Counted from the first letter of the stretch, positions 9,299 to 19,213 are shown. The stretch is DNA of 64,000 nucleotides from an uncultured delta proteobacterium (GCA_963782055.1 CAWAIF010000003.1:5792001-5856000); one strand, 5' to 3'. Numbers and translations: made by a program. The notes: generated from the sequence alone by a model not told the origin.

Positions 9299-10909
9299 AT
9301 GCACCTGGACGTCACGGCGAACACGGGGCGCGCGCGGGGCGGCTCCTTCGCCCGCACCCGGGCGGCGCGGGCGCTGCCGTGGGCGGCGCTGGCGGGGCTC
9401 GTGCTGCTCACGCGCTCCCCCGTCCTGCTGAACGCGAGCGCGCTCCACTCCGACGCGGCCGTGGTGGGCCTGCAGGCGCGCCACATGCTGCGCGGCGAGT
9501 GGGCGCCCTACCTCTGGGGCAGCGGCTACCAGACCTCCGCCGACTCGACGCTGGCGGCGGCGTTCTTCGCCGTCTTCGGCGCCACGCCCATCGCGCTCGT
9601 GCTCTCCGCGCTCTCGGCGTACGTCGCGCTGGTCCTGCTCGTCTTCGCCACCCTGCGCCGGCACCTGGGCCAGATGGGAGCGTTCGTGGCGACGCTGCCG
9701 CTCGTCTTCACGACCGCGTGCGTGGACACCTACGCCGTCTCGCCGCCACGTCAGCTCGCGCTCACGGTCGCCTTCGCCGCGGTGTTCTTCCTGGACGGCG
9801 CGCGGCGGGCGGCGCGGCCGCGGGCGTGGCTGGCGACGGGCGGGTTCGCCGTCCTCTTCGCGTGGCTGTGCAATCCGTACGCGATGACCTTCCTGCCCGC
9901 GCTCGGGGCGCTCGCCGCGCTGGCGGCGATCACGCCGCGCGAGGGCGCGCGCGCGTCGGCGTCACGCCTCGGGGCGGTGGCGCTCGGCGCCGGCGCGGCG
10001 GCGCTCCCCCTCGCGTGGCTCTGGACGCGGCCCGAGGCTCGCCACGGCGTCACCTCCATGACGACGCGCCTGCTCGCCCACAACGCGCGCCTCTTCTGGC
10101 ACGAGTGCCTGCCGTGGGCGATCGGCACGAAGGTGTACCGTCCGCTGCACGCGATGGACTACGCGCCATGGCGGCCGCCGCCGGCCGTGCACGCGCTGCA
10201 GGTGGGGGGGGTGCTCTTGCTGGTCGGCCTCCTCGCCTACGGCGCCGCGCTCTCCGCCAGGCGCCGCACGCCGGCGGCGCTGCGCCGGCTGGGCCTCTTC
10301 GCCGTGACCACCATCGTGCTGACGCTCGCCGCCTTCCAGGTGTCCATGATGGTCATGGACGAGTTTTCCATGCGCTACCTGGCCGCGGTGGTGCTCTGTC
10401 TGCCCTTCGCGCTCGCGCCGGTGGTGGCGCGCCTGGGGGCGCGGCGGTCGCTCGCGCTCCTGTCGCCCTACCTCTTCGTGGCGTTCGTGAGCGGCTGGGT
10501 CAGCCACGGGCCCGCCGTGCGCGGGGCGTTGCCGGTGCGGTGGGAGGCGGGGCGCGGCGTGGACGCGGCGCGCCTGGCGACGGCGCTCGAGGCGCGCGGC
10601 GTGAGGTACGGCGTCGCCGACTACTGGGCGTCGTACCGCGTCACCTTCCTCACCCGGGAGCGCGTCGTGCTCGTCCCGCTGCACGCGCGGCAGGACCGCT
10701 ACGCGCCGTACCGTGACGCGCTCGACCGGGCCGGGCGCATCGCCTACGTCCACGACTCGCTGCGATCGCTGGAGGACGACGTGCAGACGGAGCGGGAGCT
10801 GGTGCAGGCCGGCTACGTCGCCGAGGGACCGACCATCGTGGCGGGCCCCTTCCACGCGGTGGTGCTCCGGCGCGCCGGCGGCTCCGGCGCGGGCCGGGCC
10901 TTCAGGTGA
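9299..10909 (+). CDS. Polytopic membrane protein, probable GT-C fold glycosyltransferase (ArnT/PMT-like)
   Basis: TM1 followed by SDAAVVGLQA, ~10 TM helices, RYL and C-terminal ADYW motifs. Confidence 0.65.
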   Translation: MHLDVTANTGRARGGSFARTRAARALPWAALAGLVLLTRSPVLLNASALHSDAAVVGLQARHMLRGEWAPYLWGSGYQTSADSTLAAAFFAVFGATPIALVLSALSAYVALVLLVFATLRRHLGQMGAFVATLPLVFTTACVDTYAVSPPRQLALTVAFAAVFFLDGARRAARPRAWLATGGFAVLFAWLCNPYAMTFLPALGALAALAAITPREGARASASRLGAVALGAGAAALPLAWLWTRPEARHGVTSMTTRLLAHNARLFWHECLPWAIGTKVYRPLHAMDYAPWRPPPAVHALQVGGVLLLVGLLAYGAALSARRRTPAALRRLGLFAVTTIVLTLAAFQVSMMVMDEFSMRYLAAVVLCLPFALAPVVARLGARRSLALLSPYLFVAFVSGWVSHGPAVRGALPVRWEAGRGVDAARLATALEARGVRYGVADYWASYRVTFLTRERVVLVPLHARQDRYAPYRDALDRAGRIAYVHDSLRSLEDDVQTERELVQAGYVAEGPTIVAGPFHAVVLRRAGGSGAGRAFR

Positions 10910-11840
10910 AGGTGCGGAAGGCCGCGACGGTGCGCTCCAGCCCCTCGCGCACCTTGATCCCGGGCTCGTAGCCGATGAGGGCGCGGGCCGCCTCGATCGA
11001 GGCGAGCGAGTCGCGCACGTCCCCCGCGCGCGTGGGCTCGTACTTCGGGTCCATCTTCTTGCCCGTCGCCTCCCCGATGATGGACAGGAGCTGGTTGAGG
11101 GAGATGCGCTCGCCGCACGCGATGTTGACCACCTGCCCCTTCAGGGCGTTGGGGGTGGTGGCCGCCAGGATGTTGGCGCGCACCACGTTCTCCACGAAGC
11201 AGAAGTCCCTTGTCTGCTCGCCGTCGCCGAAGACCACAGGGCGCGTGCCGGTGAGCGCGGCGGTGATGAAGTTGGGGATGACCGCGGCGTACTGGCTGGT
11301 GGGATCCTGCCGCGGGCCGAAGACGTTGAAGTAGCGCAGGCTGAGCGTCTCGATGCCGTACAGCTCGTGGAAGACGCGCAGCAGCTGCTCGTCGGCCAGC
11401 TTGGCGACGGCGTAGGGGCTGAGCGGCTGCGTCGGCATCGTCTCCACCTTCGGCAGGGTGGGCGTGTTGCCGTAGGCGGAGCTGCTCGCGGCGAAGATGA
11501 CGCGGCGGACGCCCGACCTGCGCGCGACGTCCAGCACCACCGTCGTGCCCTGGACGTTGGCGAGCATCGACGCCTGCGGGTGCTCCACCGAGCGAATGAC
11601 CGAGGGCATCGCGGCCTCGTGGAAGACGACCTCCACGCCCTTCATCACCCGCTCGACGGCGGCCGGGTCGACGATGCTCCCCTCCACGACCTCCACCTTG
11701 CCCTTCAGGCTCTCGACGTTCTGCCGGCGGCCGGAGGAGAAGTCGTCCAGGATGCGGACGGTCTCTCCCTGACGCAGGAGCTCCTCGGAGAGGGTGGACC
11801 CGATGAAGCCGGCGCCGCCGGTGACGAGATAGGTGGCCAT
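10902..11840 (-). CDS. NAD-dependent nucleotide-sugar epimerase/dehydratase (WbpP/GalE-like SDR)
   Basis: TGGAGFIGS, AASSSAYG, YAVAK, RYFNVFGPRQDP, GDGEQTRDF. Confidence 0.93.
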   Translation of the reverse strand: MATYLVTGGAGFIGSTLSEELLRQGETVRILDDFSSGRRQNVESLKGKVEVVEGSIVDPAAVERVMKGVEVVFHEAAMPSVIRSVEHPQASMLANVQGTTVVLDVARRSGVRRVIFAASSSAYGNTPTLPKVETMPTQPLSPYAVAKLADEQLLRVFHELYGIETLSLRYFNVFGPRQDPTSQYAAVIPNFITAALTGTRPVVFGDGEQTRDFCFVENVVRANILAATTPNALKGQVVNIACGERISLNQLLSIIGEATGKKMDPKYEPTRAGDVRDSLASIEAARALIGYEPGIKVREGLERTVAAFRTFT

Positions 11841-11964
11841 GGGCGTTTGGTAGCACAACGGGTGGGCCTCCCCGCACCTATCGATCGAGGCTCCGCCTGG
11901 TGCGCCCGGGCGAGCGGGGCGCCGGAAAGTTGGCCACCGGGGCCATCCTTGGCATGGTCAGGGC

Positions 11965-12279
11965 ATGAGCGGCACTCCTCTGCACGACGCCTCGACCCGG
12001 ACCAAGATTCACGGCCCGTGCTGCGTTTGCGGCTACTCCGATACGCGCGGCATCACGACGACGCGTCTCGCCTCCGGCGAGGTGGTGGTGGTCTGCGGCA
12101 CGCACGAGCTGATGCACCGTCGCACCGAGAACGCGGCGCGGACGGTGTTCGAGCTGCGGCGCCTGGTGCGCGAGCGGCGCGAGACGCGCCGTCGCGGGCA
12201 GGCCCCGGACGAGCTCGGGGCGAGGCTCTCCGACGCCTTCATGGACGACCGCCGCTCCGCGGACCGTCGCGGCGGCTGA
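11965..12279 (+). CDS. Small hypothetical protein with putative Zn site
   Basis: CCVCG...VCGTH; good codon bias. Confidence 0.65.
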   Translation: MSGTPLHDASTRTKIHGPCCVCGYSDTRGITTTRLASGEVVVVCGTHELMHRRTENAARTVFELRRLVRERRETRRRGQAPDELGARLSDAFMDDRRSADRRGG

Positions 12280-12303
12280 GGGAGGGAGGCGGGCGGAAGG
12301 CAC

Positions 12304-12343
12304 TTGCTACTGAAATAGTTGATGGCTATTCTTTCAGCAGCAA
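12304..12343 (+). promoter_or_regulatory. Sigma70-like promoter inside an inverted repeat (probable TA operator)
   Basis: TTGCTA-17bp-TATTCT (12304-12332); arms TTGCTACTGAAA / TTTCAGCAGCAA with 1 mismatch, ending just before the antitoxin ATG. Confidence 0.75.
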
Positions 12344-12344
12344 C

Positions 12345-12716
12345 ATGCCGCTCGTCGCCACCCAAGCCCCCGGCAAGGACGTCGTCGTCACCAAGGCGGC
12401 GCGCAGGGCGGCCGCCGCCCTCGGCCTCTCGCAGAAGGAGCTCGCCCGCGTCGTCGGCGTGAGCGAGGCGACGGTCTCGCGCCTCGCCAGCGGCAAGCTC
12501 CTCGCGGCGGACCGCAAGGAGGGGGAGCTGGCGCTGCTGCTGGTGCGCGTCTTTCGCAGCCTGGACGCCCTGGTCGGCGGCAGCGAGGAGAAGGCGCGCG
12601 CCTGGTTCGGCGCGAAGAACGCGCACCTCGGCGGCGTCCCGCGCGAGCGCGTGCAGCGCGTGGAGGGTCTGGTGGAGGTGGCGCAGTACCTCGACGCCAT
12701 GCGGGGGAAGCTCTAG
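12345..12716 (+). CDS. Antitoxin, Xre/MbcA/ParS family
   Basis: HTH LSQKELARVVGVSEATVSR; C-terminal ARAWF..N..LGG.P...EGLVEVAQYLD; directly upstream of a RES gene. Confidence 0.9.
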   Translation: MPLVATQAPGKDVVVTKAARRAAAALGLSQKELARVVGVSEATVSRLASGKLLAADRKEGELALLLVRVFRSLDALVGGSEEKARAWFGAKNAHLGGVPRERVQRVEGLVEVAQYLDAMRGKL

Positions 12717-12782
12717 GCGCCCCGCGCCGGGCGCACGGGCATGGCGGCGCGCGCGGGCTGGGTGGACGCGGCGGTGGCGGCG

Positions 12783-13514
12783 ATGCGCACGCGCCCGCTC
12801 GAGCTCGACGCGTGGCGCGTGGTCGAGTCGCAGAGCCTCATCGCGACGCGCAAGCTGGTGGACTCCGACGCCGAGCAGGAGCTGCTGGAGGAGCTCATCG
12901 ACGGGGTGAAGCCGCCGGTGCCGGACGGGCCGGACTTCCGGGGCCTGCACTACCTGCTCTTCACGCCCTTCCGCCACCCTCCCCTGCGCCACGGCTCCCG
13001 CTTCGGGACACGCGCGGAGCGCGGCATCTTCTACGGGTCGAAGGACCTGCCGACGTGTCTCGCGGAGGTCGCGTACTACCGGCTCCTGTTTTTGGAGGGC
13101 ACCGCGGCGGCGCTCGCGCCGGTCACCGTGGAGCTCACGGCGTTCGCCGCGGCGGTGCGCGCGCGGCGTGGGGCGGACCTCACGCGGCGTCCCTTCGACA
13201 CACACGAGGCGGAGCTCGCCTCACCCTCCTCGTACGAGGTGACGCACCAGGTGGGCGCCGCCCTGCGCGCGGCGGGCGTGGATGCGTTTCTCTTCCTCTC
13301 GGCGCGTACGCCCCGCCGCGGCGTCAACGTGGCGCTCTTCGTGCCCGCCTTCGCGCGCAGGTCGCCCAGGGGCCTGCAGACGTGGATCTGCACGGCGGAC
13401 CGCGCCAAGGTGGAGATGGTGGAGAAGACCTTCACGCCGGGGCGCGCGCGGCGCATGACGTTCCCGCGCGCGGGCTTCGAGGTGGCGGGGAAGCTGCCGG
13501 CCCCGGGCGCGTGA
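12783..13514 (+). CDS. RES domain toxin (NAD+ phosphorylase family)
   Basis: WRVVESQ, GSRFG, GIFYGS, AEVAYYR, SAR, NVALF; start could be 12741. Confidence 0.9.
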   Translation: MRTRPLELDAWRVVESQSLIATRKLVDSDAEQELLEELIDGVKPPVPDGPDFRGLHYLLFTPFRHPPLRHGSRFGTRAERGIFYGSKDLPTCLAEVAYYRLLFLEGTAAALAPVTVELTAFAAAVRARRGADLTRRPFDTHEAELASPSSYEVTHQVGAALRAAGVDAFLFLSARTPRRGVNVALFVPAFARRSPRGLQTWICTADRAKVEMVEKTFTPGRARRMTFPRAGFEVAGKLPAPGA

Positions 13515-13517
13515 CGG

Positions 13518-14204
13518 TCAGAGGCGCCCGGAGACGACGTACTGCGTGGGCAGGCCGACGGGCTCCACCGCGGCGGTGAGCCCGGCGCCCCCGAGCTCGC
13601 GCATCACCTGCTCCGGCGCGACGCGGAGCGCCTTCGGCGGGCCGCGCGGCGAGTCGGCGGCGAAGTCGACGACGAACACCGCGCCGCCGGGCGCGAGGGC
13701 GTCGCGCAGCTTGCGGGCGTAGGCGTCGCGCGCCGGGATGTGATGCCAGGTGTCGACGACGAGGATGCGATCGACCTTGCCGGCGGGCAGGCGCGGGTCG
13801 TCGACCGCGACGAGCACCGGGTCGACGTTGGTCCAGTGCTGGGCGGCGGCGCGGCGCTGCAGGTGCTTGATCATGTCCGGCTCGATGTCGAGCGCGAGGA
13901 CGCGCCCGCCCGGCCCGACCGCGCGCGAGAGGTACGTCTCGAAGTAGCCAGTGCCCGCGCCGACGTCGGCCACGGTCATCCCGGGGGTGATCTTCATCGC
14001 GGCGATGACGGCGTCGGGCTTCTGCCACGCGTCGCGAGCGGGGTCGTCGAACTCCTTCGTCCAGTCGTCGGCGTGCTGGAAGCGGTGCACGAGCGGGTGC
14101 TCCGGCGCGGGCGTGGGCGCGGGGTGCGCCGCCGGCGTCGGGGCGCAGCCGATCTGGGCGAGGAGGATGGGGGCGAGGGCGAGGAGCGGGAAGGTTCTGG
14201 ACAT
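13518..14204 (-). CDS. Exported/lipoprotein class I SAM methyltransferase
   Basis: Lipobox-like QIGC; RDAWQKPD; VADVGAGTGYF; DTWHHI. Confidence 0.85.
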   Translation of the reverse strand: MSRTFPLLALAPILLAQIGCAPTPAAHPAPTPAPEHPLVHRFQHADDWTKEFDDPARDAWQKPDAVIAAMKITPGMTVADVGAGTGYFETYLSRAVGPGGRVLALDIEPDMIKHLQRRAAAQHWTNVDPVLVAVDDPRLPAGKVDRILVVDTWHHIPARDAYARKLRDALAPGGAVFVVDFAADSPRGPPKALRVAPEQVMRELGGAGLTAAVEPVGLPTQYVVSGRL

Positions 14205-14346
14205 GCGTTCCATGGGAGCTCGAGGTGGAGCGGTAGAGTACGCCGCCACGCAAGCCTTGCAGCCGGTCCGTCGAACGAAATGTGTCGACCCAGCGCGTTT
14301 TCCGCGCGCCGTGTCGCGGCATGTGCGTTGCACGAAGGTGGGGGCG

Positions 14347-15009
14347 ATGTCTGCCACTCCTCCTGTCGACGACCAGCTCATCCTTGCACGCGTGGGCCGC
14401 CTCGGCGGTATCACCGAGCCGGATGCGGCGCGACGCGCGATCCTCGCCACGCTCGAGGCGCTAGGCGCGAGCCTCTCACGCGGCGTGCGCAGCCATGTCG
14501 CCGCCGCGCTGCCCGCCGCCCATGCCGCGGCGCTCATGCGACCGGCGGCGGAGAAGCTGAGCCGCGCCGACGCCTTCTACGATCGCGCGCGCGCCCTCGA
14601 GGGCACGACGCCTGGCTTCGCGCTCGAGCACGTGCAGGTGGTGTGTCGGGCGCTGGGGACGATGCTCCCCGACGAGACGCTCCAGCGCATGAAACGAGAC
14701 TTGCCCGGCGAGCTGGCGAGCCTCTTCAATCCGCCCGCGCGGGAGGGCGAGCCGCCGCTGCACGCGTCGCGCCCGCCTTCGCACCCGCCGCCGCACCGGG
14801 AGACGCTCGCCGCCGGGCACCCGGGCTTCACGCACACGCTCGCCGAGAGCGCGCCGGCCGCCGGGCAGACGCACTCGGTGGTGCGCGAGCAGAACCCGCA
14901 CGCGGACACCAAGCTGTCGAGCTCGCGCGGCATGACGCAGGAGCGTCTGGAAGAGGATCTGGCCACTGGCGAGCCGCGCGGCAAGCCGGTGAGCGAGACC
15001 TCGGACTGA
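14347..15009 (+). CDS. DUF2267-like protein with His/Pro-rich tail
   Basis: Two repeats of the type A.RA..ATL..L...L...LP; C-terminal TLA.G motifs. Confidence 0.7.
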   Translation: MSATPPVDDQLILARVGRLGGITEPDAARRAILATLEALGASLSRGVRSHVAAALPAAHAAALMRPAAEKLSRADAFYDRARALEGTTPGFALEHVQVVCRALGTMLPDETLQRMKRDLPGELASLFNPPAREGEPPLHASRPPSHPPPHRETLAAGHPGFTHTLAESAPAAGQTHSVVREQNPHADTKLSSSRGMTQERLEEDLATGEPRGKPVSETSD

Positions 15010-15067
15010 CGTCGGCCACCATGAAGCGCAGCATCACGCGCCGGGTGGGCGGCAGGGGACGGGCGCG

Positions 15068-15604
15068 GTGATGGCGACCCTCGCCGCGCGCGATCTGGTC
15101 AACGTGCCGGGGCTGCTCAGCCTCTCCCGGCTGCCCCTCGCCGTCGCCTTCGCCCTGACGCTGGAGCATCACCCGGCGTGGGGGCTCGGCATCCTCGCCG
15201 CCGCCGGGGTGACCGATGTCGTCGACGGCTGGTACGCGCGGCGCTTCCACAAGGCGACCGCGACCGGCGCCCTGCTCGACGGCGTGATGGACAAGGTGTT
15301 CGTCCTCGCCGTGGTCGTCTCCCTCCTGCTCGGCGAACGCCTCTCACCCGGCGAGGCTGTGGCGTTCGCGACGCGCGATGTCGGCGAGGCGGCGCTCGCC
15401 ATCTACATCGCCGCCCGCGGGCGGGCGTTCCGCTCGCGCGTGCGGCACTCCAACCTGGCGGGCAAGCTCACCACGCTGCTCCAGGTGACCGCGCTCTTCG
15501 CCGTGCTCTTCGGCTGGCACGCGCTGCCGTGGATCATCGCCTGCGCCGTGATGGGCGCCGTCGCCGCCGCCACCTACTGGGCCCGCGAGCTGCGGGCGAA
15601 GTGA
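15068..15604 (+). CDS. CDP-alcohol phosphatidyltransferase
   Basis: TDVVDGWYARR...TATGALLDGVMDK signature. Confidence 0.92.
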   Translation: MMATLAARDLVNVPGLLSLSRLPLAVAFALTLEHHPAWGLGILAAAGVTDVVDGWYARRFHKATATGALLDGVMDKVFVLAVVVSLLLGERLSPGEAVAFATRDVGEAALAIYIAARGRAFRSRVRHSNLAGKLTTLLQVTALFAVLFGWHALPWIIACAVMGAVAAATYWARELRAK

Positions 15605-15615
15605 AGGCGGGGCAG

Positions 15616-15687
15616 AGGCGCGGATGGGATTCGAACCCACGTATGACGGTTTTGCAAACCGTTGCCTAACCACTTGGCTACCGCGCC
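15616..15687 (-). tRNA. tRNA-Cys (GCA), CCA not encoded
   Basis: GGCGCGG/CCGCGCC acceptor stem, U discriminator, anticodon arm ACGGT-TTGCAAA-ACCGT, T-loop GGTTCGAATCC. Confidence 0.96.
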
Positions 15688-15916
15688 AGCCGGCATCCTG
15701 TGTAGCCGGCGCGCGTTCCCGCTGCAAGCGCCCCAATCCCGCCGAGCCCTCCCCCGGAGGCCGGCCACGCTGGCGAGGCCGACCGGAAGCAGGCGAACGA
15801 TCGCCAGCCGCCGGACGGGCGGCGTCCGCGAGGTCACCTCGACGGCGAGGGATGGAGTGCGTTCGGGCGCGCGCGCGGAGATCACCCCGGGCCGCGGCCA
15901 GACCGTGGAGAGATGC

Positions 15917-16378
15917 TCAGGCCGCGAAGTAGAGCGTCGCGCGCTTCTCGCCCTTCTTCTTGAGGCGCTTCTTGGCGAGCCCCTCCGCCAGCGGCTTGGG
16001 AAGCTCCTTGCGCTTCATCCCGAGCGCGGCCTGGATCTTCTCCGCCCGCAGGCCGTTCTTGTTCTTCTTGAGCAGCGCCACGATGCGATCCACCTCCTTG
16101 GCGATGGCGTCGGGCGACCGGCGCATCAGACGACCGCTCTTGGCGAAGGAGGGCTTGCCCGGCGCGCTGCTCTTGGCAGCTTGGGGCGCCCGCCGGGCCG
16201 CAGCGCGACGGCTGTTTGCGCGGGGCGCCGGCCGGGCGGCACCGCCAGAGCGCGCCGCGCCACGATGGGCCGCTTGTTCTCCGACGATTTCCTCGAGAGA
16301 AGCGCTGCGTAGCGCTGCGAGTACGTCGTTGGCAAAGGCAGAGGCTAGTGCTTCGAGATGGTTGTGGAGGGTGGCCAT
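15917..16378 (-). CDS. Basic, probably DNA-binding protein (helical N-terminus, Ala/Arg linker, wHTH-like C-terminus)
   Basis: Very K/R-rich; GLRAEKIQAALG...KKGEKRATLYF. Confidence 0.75.
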   Translation of the reverse strand: MATLHNHLEALASAFANDVLAALRSASLEEIVGEQAAHRGAARSGGAARPAPRANSRRAAARRAPQAAKSSAPGKPSFAKSGRLMRRSPDAIAKEVDRIVALLKKNKNGLRAEKIQAALGMKRKELPKPLAEGLAKKRLKKKGEKRATLYFAA

Positions 16379-16489
16379 GGGGCAAAAGTGTATACTCCCT
16401 AGGGTGTAGATTGAAACCGCGATGTGACCTCCGCGGCCAGTTTTTGGGGGGCTCGACGCGGGCCCTGGCTCCCGGCTAAACAGGCCGCC

Positions 16490-17767
16490 ATGCGCCTTCC
16501 CACGAGCGGGGCCTTCTATCTGACCCTCGGGGTCGTGGTCTTTGGCGCCGGGGCTGCCGCCCTGCAGCTGCGCGGCCCGGCCCGTATTCCCGTCGAGAAC
16601 GGGGTGGTTTCGCGCGCGCCGGACGCGCAGGTCGCCGTGGAGCCGGCCATCGCAGGGGCTCAGGACGGGCACGTGGCGGTGACCTGGATGGCCCTGCCCG
16701 GGGGGCGGGACGGGGCCCGCGCCGCCTACCTCGGCCTGCGGACCTCGGCCGACAGCGGCAAGACCTGGTCGGACATGAGGCGCGTGCGCTCCCCTGGCGA
16801 TCGGGCCGCGGCTGATCCCTCCCTCGTCGCGGTGAAGGGGGGCGGCTTCGTCCTCGTGTGGCTGGGCGTGCCCGGCGCGGGCGGCACCGACCCGAAGGGC
16901 GAGCTCGATGCGGGTGGAGAGCAGGTGTACCTCGCGCGCATCGACCCGGGGGGTGGCGTGGGCGCGCCGGAGCCTCTGGCGACGCCCGGACGGACCTACG
17001 AGCATCCCTGCGCCGTGGCGCTGCCCGATGGCCGGGTGGCCGTGGCCTACGCCTTCGCGGGATCGCAGGGCTCCGGCGTGGAGATCGCCACGGTCGCGCA
17101 GGCTCAGGCCCCCACCCGCAAGGTGCTCGCGACGAAGGCCGCGGCGGACTACCCGGGCCTGTGCGCCGACGCATCGGGCGCGGTCATGCTCGTCTTCCGC
17201 GACGCCACCCGCGGGATCGTCGCCGCGCCCGACGCGCTCGGCGCCGCGAAGCCCCTGGAGGCGGCGGCCTCGCTGCCCGCCGAGCGCGTCGCGCGCGGCA
17301 GGCCTCAATGCTGGGTGAGCGGACACGAGGCGTGGGTGACGTACGCCACGGGCGACGTCACCAGCCCCAAGGAGACGACCTCTCTCGTCGACACGCTGGA
17401 GGTCGCCCGCTCCATCGACGGCGGCAGGGCCTTCCGCAAGCGCGCGGGCTTCCGCCCCGGGCCGCGCATGATGCTGCCCACCGTGCTGCGCGACGATGGC
17501 GGCTTCCTGCTCGTCGCCGTGACCGGGAGCGGGCGCAACGACGCACACGCGCAGGTGAGCGCCATCCACCTCGCCGCCGACGGCTCCAGCCAGAAGGGGC
17601 TGACCGAGACGGTGCTCTCGCCGGTGGAGATGGTGGTGCGCGCCGCGCAGCCCGGCTTCATGGGCGACTACGTCGGCGTCGCGCGCGTCGGCAAGTCCGC
17701 GCTCGCCGCGCTGGTCGACAACCACGAGGGCCCGCCGCGCGTGACCGTCGTGCCCGTCCCGCGGTGA
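16490..17767 (+). CDS. Exported BNR/Asp-box (sialidase-like) beta-propeller protein
   Basis: Signal/TM segment; Asp boxes SADSGKTW and SIDGGRAF; GDY motif near C-terminus. Confidence 0.7.
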   Translation: MRLPTSGAFYLTLGVVVFGAGAAALQLRGPARIPVENGVVSRAPDAQVAVEPAIAGAQDGHVAVTWMALPGGRDGARAAYLGLRTSADSGKTWSDMRRVRSPGDRAAADPSLVAVKGGGFVLVWLGVPGAGGTDPKGELDAGGEQVYLARIDPGGGVGAPEPLATPGRTYEHPCAVALPDGRVAVAYAFAGSQGSGVEIATVAQAQAPTRKVLATKAAADYPGLCADASGAVMLVFRDATRGIVAAPDALGAAKPLEAAASLPAERVARGRPQCWVSGHEAWVTYATGDVTSPKETTSLVDTLEVARSIDGGRAFRKRAGFRPGPRMMLPTVLRDDGGFLLVAVTGSGRNDAHAQVSAIHLAADGSSQKGLTETVLSPVEMVVRAAQPGFMGDYVGVARVGKSALAALVDNHEGPPRVTVVPVPR

Positions 17768-17831
17768 TCGGCCCACCCTTCGCGCCATCGGCCGGTCTTC
17801 GGTCGGACGTCGAAGTGGGTGCACACCCCTC

Positions 17832-19103
17832 TCAGACCCGGCGCAGGACCTCGACGCCGTTCATGTACGGCACCAGCGCCTTCGGCAACGTCACGCTGCC
17901 GTCGGGGTTCTGGTGGTTCTCCAGCAGCGGGATGAGGATGCGCGGGCTGGCGATCGCGGTGTTGTTGAGCGTGTACGGGTAGCCGAGCGAGCCATCCGGC
18001 ATGCGCAGGCGGATGTTGGATCGGCGCGCCTGGAAGTCGCCCAGCGTGGAGCACGAGTGCGTCTCGCTGTAGGCGTTGCGGCTCGGCATCCACGACTCCA
18101 CCTCGTGCTTGCGCGTCTGGCCGAGGCCGATCTCGCCCGTGCAGGCGATGGCCACGCGGTAGGGGATCTCCAGCTTCTCCAGCACCGCCTCGGCGTTGCC
18201 CAGGAGCTGGTAGTGCTCCTTCTCCGCGACCGCCTCGTCCGGAAGACAGAAGACCACCTGCTCCACCTTGGTGAACTGGTGGACGCGGTAGAGGCCCTTG
18301 GTGTCCTTGCCGTGCGCGCCCGCCTCGCGGCGGAAGCACGGGGAGATGCCGGCGTAGCGCATCGGCAGCTTCGCCGCGTCCAGGGTGTCGTCGCAGTGCA
18401 TGCTGACGAGGGAGACCTCGCTGGTGCCGACGAGGAACAGATCGTCGGCGGGGATGGCGTAGGCCTCCTCGCGACCCAGGGGGAAGAAGCCGGTGCCCTG
18501 CAGGGCGCGGTCCTTGACCAGCACCGGGGGGATGACGAGCTTCAGCCCGCGCGCGACGAGCACGTCGACGGTGAGGCGCGTGACCGCGAGCTCGAGGAGC
18601 GCGCCCATGCCGACCAGCGCGTAGGAGCGGCCGCCGGCGAACTTGCGCGGGCCGTCCCAGTTGACCAGGTCGAGGGTGGTCATGAGGTCGACGTGATCCT
18701 TCGGCTGGAAGTCGAAGGTGCGCGGCGTGCCGACCTTGCGGATCTCGACGTTGTCCTCCTCGCCCTTGCCGACGGGCACCTCCGGGCGCGGCACGCTCGG
18801 CACGCGGAGCATCAGCGCCTCGAAGCGCTCGTTCGCCTCCTTGAGCACCGGCTCCAGCTTCTCGATGTCCGCCTTGATCTGCTTGCCCTCCTCGATGAGC
18901 TTGGGCCGGTCCTCCTTGCTCGCCTTGGGGATCTGCGAGGCCACCTCGTTCTTGCGGGCGCGCACGCGATCCAGCTCGGCGACGGTCTCGCGGCGCGCCT
19001 TGTCGGCGGAGAGGAGCTCGTCGAGGTCGAGATCGAAGCGCTTGTTCTTGATCGCGGCGCGGACGGCGTCGGGGTTCTGGCGGATGAAGGCGATGTCGAG
19101 CAT
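17832..19103 (-). CDS. serS: Seryl-tRNA synthetase
   Basis: MLDIAFIRQNP, GTSEV, CFRREAG...GLYRVHQFTKVEQ, SCS...FQARR, TLNNT..ASPR. Confidence 0.98.
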   Translation of the reverse strand: MLDIAFIRQNPDAVRAAIKNKRFDLDLDELLSADKARRETVAELDRVRARKNEVASQIPKASKEDRPKLIEEGKQIKADIEKLEPVLKEANERFEALMLRVPSVPRPEVPVGKGEEDNVEIRKVGTPRTFDFQPKDHVDLMTTLDLVNWDGPRKFAGGRSYALVGMGALLELAVTRLTVDVLVARGLKLVIPPVLVKDRALQGTGFFPLGREEAYAIPADDLFLVGTSEVSLVSMHCDDTLDAAKLPMRYAGISPCFRREAGAHGKDTKGLYRVHQFTKVEQVVFCLPDEAVAEKEHYQLLGNAEAVLEKLEIPYRVAIACTGEIGLGQTRKHEVESWMPSRNAYSETHSCSTLGDFQARRSNIRLRMPDGSLGYPYTLNNTAIASPRILIPLLENHQNPDGSVTLPKALVPYMNGVEVLRRV

Positions 19104-19213
19104 GTCTGCCGGGGCGATCTAGCAGGGTCTCGGGCCGAGGCGTAGTGGGGCCGTCCGGGGCCCGCGCGGCTGGAGCATTCCGGGGCGATTCGCGCTATGT
19201 TGGACGCTGCACC

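Noticed and set aside
11900..15616. Possible tRNA-Cys-anchored genomic island containing the TA module
   Set aside because: No integrase, no duplicated tRNA 3' end found, and codon style matches the host
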